Shown here piece after piece: positions 59,036 to 64,000 of a stretch of DNA of 64,000 nt. The position numbers were made by a program, and so were the translations under genes. The stretch lies in assembly GCA_937912225.1 (NCBI GenBank), contig CALDOJ010000034.1:556-64555 (forward strand), given 5' to 3'. The notes under the pieces were generated by a model. The model ran no database searches. It was not told the DNA's origin and worked only from the letters and a program-made list of their open reading frames with translations. This DNA comes from Candidatus Woesearchaeota archaeon (GTDB lineage Archaea > Nanobdellota > Nanobdellia > Woesearchaeales > GCA-2686295). The first letter of the stretch is position 1. Each line of letters begins with the position of its first letter.

Positions 59036-59103
59036 TAACTATAGAAAAGTCTGAACTGTTTAAAAAAGTTTGCTAAAAAAGAATTAAACTGTTTAAAACC
59101 AGA

Positions 59104-59424
59104 TTATTTACCATCAGAAATAAACACATGATAAGTAATATCTTTAAGTTCAATCATTAAAGCACCATTTTCATAACCAGAATAATGTGCAGGATTATTT
59201 TCAATTCTTTTAAGATTAACAAATAAAGATTGTCCACCTTTCATTTGCAAATACACATCTAAACCTTCTTGCGAAGCAATAATAGGATTTTTTCTTTTAT
59301 GTTTGAGAGTAACATAATCATTTAATTCTTTTAATCTAAGTTCTAAAGAAGATAGTTTCATTTCATCATTTAACGGAATAGGCATTCCTTGATCAGTCCA
59401 TTCCATAGCCAAATATTTAAACAT
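59104..59424 (-). CDS. Hypothetical protein
   Basis: 106 aa with TATA upstream. Confidence 0.5.
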   Translation of the reverse strand: MFKYLAMEWTDQGMPIPLNDEMKLSSLELRLKELNDYVTLKHKRKNPIIASQEGLDVYLQMKGGQSLFVNLKRIENNPAHYSGYENGALMIELKDITYHVFISDGK

Positions 59425-59519
59425 TATAAAAGAAGAATCAGGAATAACATTTAAATGTTACTATTTGGTGGTGGTTATTTTCCACAATATTTAAATAGTT
59501 AATTTGGTTTTCTAACAAA

Positions 59520-60059
59520 ATGAATTCCTTAGAAAAAGAAATCGAATTAATGCAAAAAGAAGGATTCTTAAAACGAGCATTCAAAGTAAAAGGTAAAAAT
59601 GTCCCACACATGTTACTAAGTGGAGGACTTGCAATTGCCGCAAGATATTTCTACGCAAAACACGCAGGAGAAGCAGGAATGAGTGATGAAGCGCTAGCCC
59701 CAATGGCAACCTTAGTTGATATTGGTGTTTTCTGGGGAACATATCTTCCACAAATAGCTTATAAAGAACGAAAAGAAATGAAAGAAAAAGGAAAATATGT
59801 GGTATCAAAAATCGCAAAAAAAGTAGTTGCGTTCGGAGGATTATTTGGACAAAGTGAAATATTCTACACCGGAATAAGCATAGCTCTTCAATACACCTTT
59901 CAAAAAATGGAAATCTCTCCTGAAAATGCCTCATTAATGATTCAAATACCAGCAGTATTATTCTTTTCGGGAGCGATGCCCCTAATGGAATACTCATCAA
60001 AAGTAGGGTCAGAATATTTATTTAAAGCATTTAAGAAACAACCAAAACCTTACAAATAA
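59520..60059 (+). CDS. Hypothetical membrane protein
   Basis: Several hydrophobic helices; leaderless after TTTAAATA. Confidence 0.6.
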   Translation: MNSLEKEIELMQKEGFLKRAFKVKGKNVPHMLLSGGLAIAARYFYAKHAGEAGMSDEALAPMATLVDIGVFWGTYLPQIAYKERKEMKEKGKYVVSKIAKKVVAFGGLFGQSEIFYTGISIALQYTFQKMEISPENASLMIQIPAVLFFSGAMPLMEYSSKVGSEYLFKAFKKQPKPYK

Positions 60060-61259
60060 TTATCTTCTTCGGCCTCTATTAAAGCCTTTATTTCTAAAAC
60101 TATTCTTTTTCTTCTTAACAAAAGAAGATTGTTTAATAGGTGCTTTTTGAAAAGTTGGAACATCTTCTTTTGGAACATTCAAATCAGAATGCATTCTAAA
60201 AATATTAGAGAAATTATTATGGTCCATCGGAGCTAGAATGTTAATTACTTTTCCATCTTTACCTGCTCTTGCAGTTCGACCAATTCGGTGAACATATTCT
60301 TTAGGGTCACCAGGAATATCATAATTGTAAACATGCGAAACACCAGGAATATCTAAGCCTCTTGCAGCAACATCAGTACAAACTAAAATTGTTTCTTTTC
60401 CTGATTTAAAGTCTTCCATTGAAGAACTTCTTTTAGCTTGAGTAAAACCACCATGAATAGCAATAGCATTTAATTTATTGAATTTTAAATTCTTAGCTAA
60501 GAAATCTGCTTGATTTCTAGTATTACAAAATATCAATACTAAACCAGAATGTTCTTCTCCAAGAAGATGAACTAATAATGAGAACTTCATATGGTCTCGC
60601 ACATCATAATAAATTTGTTTAAGCTTTGTAGGATCTACTTGAGCTTTGGCTCTTATAGAAATAGGATCTTTCATATATTTGTTTTTAATTTTTTGAATAT
60701 CTTCAGATAGTGTTGCTGAGAAAAGAAGTGTTTGTCTATATTTTGGGCATTTAGCAATGATTTTATTAACTTCATCAATGAAACCCATATCAACCATCCT
60801 GTCTGCTTCATCCAAAACCAACATTTTAACTTTAGTTAAATTAACGGTTTTTCTTTCAATATGATCAAGAATTCTTCCAGGTGTTGCAACAACTACATCT
60901 GCAGTTGTTAACTTGTTAATTTGAGGATTAATTGCTACACCACCATAAACAGGTGTGACTCTCAAAAATTTATATTGAGAGAATTCTGCTAAAGCTTCAC
61001 AAACTTGTTCTGCCAGTTCTCTAGTAGGAGTTAAAACTACTGCTTGTAAACCCTTACCTTTGTCAATATTCTGAATAATTCCACAACCAAAAGCTAAAGT
61101 TTTACCACTGCCAGTTTCAGATTGGCCAATCACATCTTTTCCTTCAAGAATAGGCGGGATTGATTTTTCTTGAATATAAGTAGGTGTTTCAAAATCCTTA
61201 TCTTCAAGAGTACGTAGTATCTCTTCAATAATACCCAATTTTCTAAAAGCTTCAACCAT
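60060..61259 (-). CDS. DEAD-box RNA helicase
   Basis: ETGSGKT, PTRELA, TPGR, DEAD, SAT, ARGLD, HRIGRTAR. Confidence 0.96.
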   Translation of the reverse strand: MVEAFRKLGIIEEILRTLEDKDFETPTYIQEKSIPPILEGKDVIGQSETGSGKTLAFGCGIIQNIDKGKGLQAVVLTPTRELAEQVCEALAEFSQYKFLRVTPVYGGVAINPQINKLTTADVVVATPGRILDHIERKTVNLTKVKMLVLDEADRMVDMGFIDEVNKIIAKCPKYRQTLLFSATLSEDIQKIKNKYMKDPISIRAKAQVDPTKLKQIYYDVRDHMKFSLLVHLLGEEHSGLVLIFCNTRNQADFLAKNLKFNKLNAIAIHGGFTQAKRSSSMEDFKSGKETILVCTDVAARGLDIPGVSHVYNYDIPGDPKEYVHRIGRTARAGKDGKVINILAPMDHNNFSNIFRMHSDLNVPKEDVPTFQKAPIKQSSFVKKKKNSFRNKGFNRGRRR

Positions 61260-61265
61260 AAGAAA

Positions 61266-61457
61266 TCACAATTTTGTTACTTTTGTAGCTACAAGTCCTC
61301 TATCGCCTTCATTCCCTTCAAATTCAACTTCATCATTATCGGCTAGAGCTACTTGGTCAACGATGTTTGATAAATGAACAAAATACGCATTTCCATCGTC
61401 TCCATTAATAAATCCAAATCGTTTCTCTGAGTTAAAATATTTTACTTTTCCTTTCAT
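61266..61457 (-). CDS. Cold-shock domain protein
   Basis: MKGKVKYFNSEKRFGFI...FVH RNP1/RNP2; GAGG SD; upstream of the DEAD-box gene. Confidence 0.92.
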   Translation of the reverse strand: MKGKVKYFNSEKRFGFINGDDGNAYFVHLSNIVDQVALADNDEVEFEGNEGDRGLVATKVTKL

Positions 61458-61569
61458 TTGTTTATTCCTCTTAAATGTATTTTTATAAATTAAAAAAAAC
61501 TCTTTATTAATAAAGGCTTCGGATTTCTGTAGCACAAGCTTTTTATAAATAACTAAACTCAAGAAAAAC

Positions 61570-62133
61570 ATGGATTTGTTCAAAGAAAAAATAATTATTC
61601 TGTGGGATACGGAATTTACTTGCTGGAAAGGTTGTAAAGAAAATGGTTGGGATAAAGAAAGGAATCAATTCAGAGAATTCATACAAATTGCTTTAATTAA
61701 AGTAGATATAAACACGATGAATATAATTAATGAATTCCAAACTTTTGTAAAACCAATTAAGAACCCACAATTATCAGATTATTGCACTAATCTAACGCAT
61801 ATAGAACAAGACATTATTGATGAAGCCGACACATTTGATAAAGTGCAACCTGCAATGTTAAATTTTATTGGCAATACAAAATGTTATTCTTTTGGTCAAG
61901 ATTTTAAAGTATTATACGAAAATCAAGAGATTAATAATTTGAATAATCCTTTTAAAGACCAATTCTTTGACTTAAGAATTATGCTTATAGAAGAAGGTTA
62001 TGATGTGAAAAGTTATTGTAGCGGAACACTTTCAGAACTCTTTGGAATAAAATCAGAATTTCATACTCATGATGCGGTTGGTGATGCAAAAACAGTTTTA
62101 ATTGCATTAAAAGAATTAAAAAAGAAACTTTAA
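61570..62133 (+). CDS. DEDDh 3'-5' exonuclease (ERI-1/KapD-like)
   Basis: WDTEFT, EFIQI, LSDYCTNLTHI, D, HDAVGDA. Confidence 0.87.
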   Translation: MDLFKEKIIILWDTEFTCWKGCKENGWDKERNQFREFIQIALIKVDINTMNIINEFQTFVKPIKNPQLSDYCTNLTHIEQDIIDEADTFDKVQPAMLNFIGNTKCYSFGQDFKVLYENQEINNLNNPFKDQFFDLRIMLIEEGYDVKSYCSGTLSELFGIKSEFHTHDAVGDAKTVLIALKELKKKL

Positions 62134-63245
62134 GTCTTGCCCTTTCTAACAATTTGTAAATGAGGATAAGCAATTTCAATATTTTTTTCTTGTTTAACTG
62201 CATCTAAGAACGCGAGAAATATTTCAGTTTTGTTCTTCGAGATTTTATCATAAGGCGTAAAGAACTGAGCAATTAACTGGATTGCTGAATCTAACAAATC
62301 AATTCTAATTCTTGGTTTAAATTCTTCATCAAACTTTTGAAGTTCTAAATCAATTTGTTCTCGCTCAATTTGAAGTTTTTTTGCTTCTTCATCAGCTTCC
62401 TTACTATCAATACCTTCATATTTTGTTAATAACCCACTAATAAAAGCGTTAACTTTTTTTCTTTGAACATTAAGATTTCGTTTGTAATGACTTTTATTCT
62501 TCCGAGTCAAATCAATAATAATTTCACGCAATAATTTTCTTGCTTTATGATAATCGCTCTCATAAGTAATAGTTATACTTATTTCTTCAACCAGATAGTT
62601 ATAATTTTTAGTATAATTCTGAACTTCCGAAGTTAAAACTAGTTCATTAGGAAAAGTTACTATTTTACCACTAGACCTGTCCGAACGCTCTAATAATCCG
62701 TCCAAAACAGTATTCATAACTTGAATTTCTTTTACATCGCCTCTTATTTCTCCAACTTTTATACGATCACCTTCAGAGTAAACATGCTTCAGAATAATTG
62801 TAACCCAACCAACAAAATTCAAAATTGGTTTTTGTAATGCAAAAGTAATTCCAAAACCAATTAAACCAAAGGAAGCCAGTAATCCAAGAACATTTCCAAA
62901 GATTAAAGAAACCGCGGCAAATATAAACAAAACCCACCAAGCAAAAGTTACTAATTTTGAAATCCTTTTATAGTCATTTTCTTTATGAAGATTTTTATAA
63001 ACACTCATCAATAAACGTTTTATTAAAAAAGCATCAATTAACTTAAAAAAAAGGAATAACATTCCAATCAAGAATAATTTTGTAGCATAAGGCATCATGT
63101 GACCAAGCAGCCAAGCAAGATGTTTCATAATAAAACTCAAATAATTATACTCTGTAGTCACTAATAAAACCAGCATTATAACTAGAACAAGAACTAACCA
63201 AAATAAAGTATTCAGAAATTTAAACTTATTTTTGTTTCCCCTCAC
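62130..63245 (-). CDS. MscS-family channel with coiled-coil insertion
   Basis: FALQKPILNFVGW, GDRI..RGDVKEI, FPNE, IEIAYPH. Confidence 0.88.
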   Translation of the reverse strand: MRGNKNKFKFLNTLFWLVLVLVIMLVLLVTTEYNYLSFIMKHLAWLLGHMMPYATKLFLIGMLFLFFKLIDAFLIKRLLMSVYKNLHKENDYKRISKLVTFAWWVLFIFAAVSLIFGNVLGLLASFGLIGFGITFALQKPILNFVGWVTIILKHVYSEGDRIKVGEIRGDVKEIQVMNTVLDGLLERSDRSSGKIVTFPNELVLTSEVQNYTKNYNYLVEEISITITYESDYHKARKLLREIIIDLTRKNKSHYKRNLNVQRKKVNAFISGLLTKYEGIDSKEADEEAKKLQIEREQIDLELQKFDEEFKPRIRIDLLDSAIQLIAQFFTPYDKISKNKTEIFLAFLDAVKQEKNIEIAYPHLQIVRKGKT

Positions 63246-63326
63246 AAATGAGAACTAAATCTTCAAAGTATATATATTTTACGAAAAGAAAACAATTAAA
63301 TATCTCCCAATCAAAACACTATACTT

Positions 63327-63938
63327 ATGCATAATAATTTCACAAATATAAATAAATTATTCTCAACTGTAAAACACTATTTTTATGAACACCCAATAAT
63401 AAAATTCATCTTATTAATAATAATAATACTCAGTTATCTTTCCCTATCAATTATAAAATTTGGTGGAAAAGAAGGATTTTTAATCAGTGCATTAACTTGG
63501 AGTTTCTTTGTTTTATGCACTCCAATTGCAGATGCAGGATTTCTACTCGATTTACCAATAAGAATTTTTACCGGAATAAAGATGATTTATTCGGAAATAA
63601 TTGTGTGGATAATAGCAATTGGAATTAATTTGTTCACAATGTCCAACAACCCATTAATTTATGAAGATACAATCATCCTCTCATTATTCCACCACATCAT
63701 ATCACACCCCATTCCATATGCATCAATAATAATCTTGTCAGGAATAGGAACATTTCTTTCATTGTTATTTGGAGATGAAATAATAGATGTTTCTTACGAA
63801 GAAAAAGAAGTTCGAGAACACCACCTAAAACATAGACACAAACACCACCTTGTAATATTAATATTCTTGTTCATAATAATATTCATCATATATGATTTAC
63901 TTCTAAATAAATTAGGAATGCACATCCCATTACTTTAA
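63327..63938 (+). CDS. Hypothetical membrane protein with His-rich loop
   Basis: WSFFVLCTPIADAG, multiple TMs, HHLKHRHKHH. Confidence 0.7.
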   Translation: MHNNFTNINKLFSTVKHYFYEHPIIKFILLIIIILSYLSLSIIKFGGKEGFLISALTWSFFVLCTPIADAGFLLDLPIRIFTGIKMIYSEIIVWIIAIGINLFTMSNNPLIYEDTIILSLFHHIISHPIPYASIIILSGIGTFLSLLFGDEIIDVSYEEKEVREHHLKHRHKHHLVILIFLFIIIFIIYDLLLNKLGMHIPLL

Positions 63939-64000
63939 CGAAGAAATTCTAATGCAAATGTCCAGGAACTAATAAAGTTACTAATAACACAATTGCAACA

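Noticed and set aside
1630-62203. Many 60-140-aa ORFs antisense or out of frame within long genes (e.g. 6775-7074, 7745-8041, 30209-30559, 32810-33139, 46316-46618, 56805-57134, 59581-60000)
   Set aside because: Overlap well-supported genes or promoters, have shadow-like composition and lack SD/TATA support.
63949-64000. Possible 3' end of a minus-strand membrane gene (...VAIVLLVTLLVPGHLH*)
   Set aside because: Only about 16 codons are visible and another frame is also open; cannot be called.
1-64000. rRNA, tRNA, CRISPR arrays, prophage structural genes; apparent shifts in strand composition
   Set aside because: None recognised by eye, and intergenic spaces are short and AT-rich. Skew shifts could not be quantified without computation.

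Overview
AT-rich archaeal-type DNA, most likely from a DPANN (Woesearchaeota-like) genome. This is inferred from BRE/TATA promoters, leaderless starts, GGTGA/GGAGG Shine-Dalgarno sites and an insert-less DnaK. Left to right the window holds: dnaK-grpE; an NrtR regulator; a de novo NAD operon (2 hypotheticals, nadB-nadA-nadC); TPM/zinc-ribbon/LemA genes and an RQC-UvrD-HRDC helicase; and a second NAD/ADP-ribose operon (radical SAM, nadE, NUDIX, NadM-like, Ser/Thr kinase, VWA, hypothetical, truncated pyruvate-kinase-like, ADP-ribosylglycohydrolase, NAD kinase). Both NAD operons carry a duplicated ~109-bp promoter with GT-N7-AC NrtR-type operators. Converging on them is a 21-kb minus-strand block: a tandem array of nine PI3K/HipA-like kinases and three ADP-ribosyltransferase-like paralogs, a nucleoside-phosphorylase-fold gene, an SH3-fused AAA+/VWA pair and a coiled-coil/AAA four-gene unit. 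The right end is mostly housekeeping (radical SAM-HhH, HAD, U32, MscS, CorA, copper island, DEAD-box helicase, cold-shock protein, exonuclease). The best candidate for an undescribed system is the kinase/ART paralog array next to a full NAD supply, ADP-ribose erasure and sensing circuit. No rRNA, tRNA, CRISPR array or transposase was recognised. All family calls come from motifs read by eye, not database searches.
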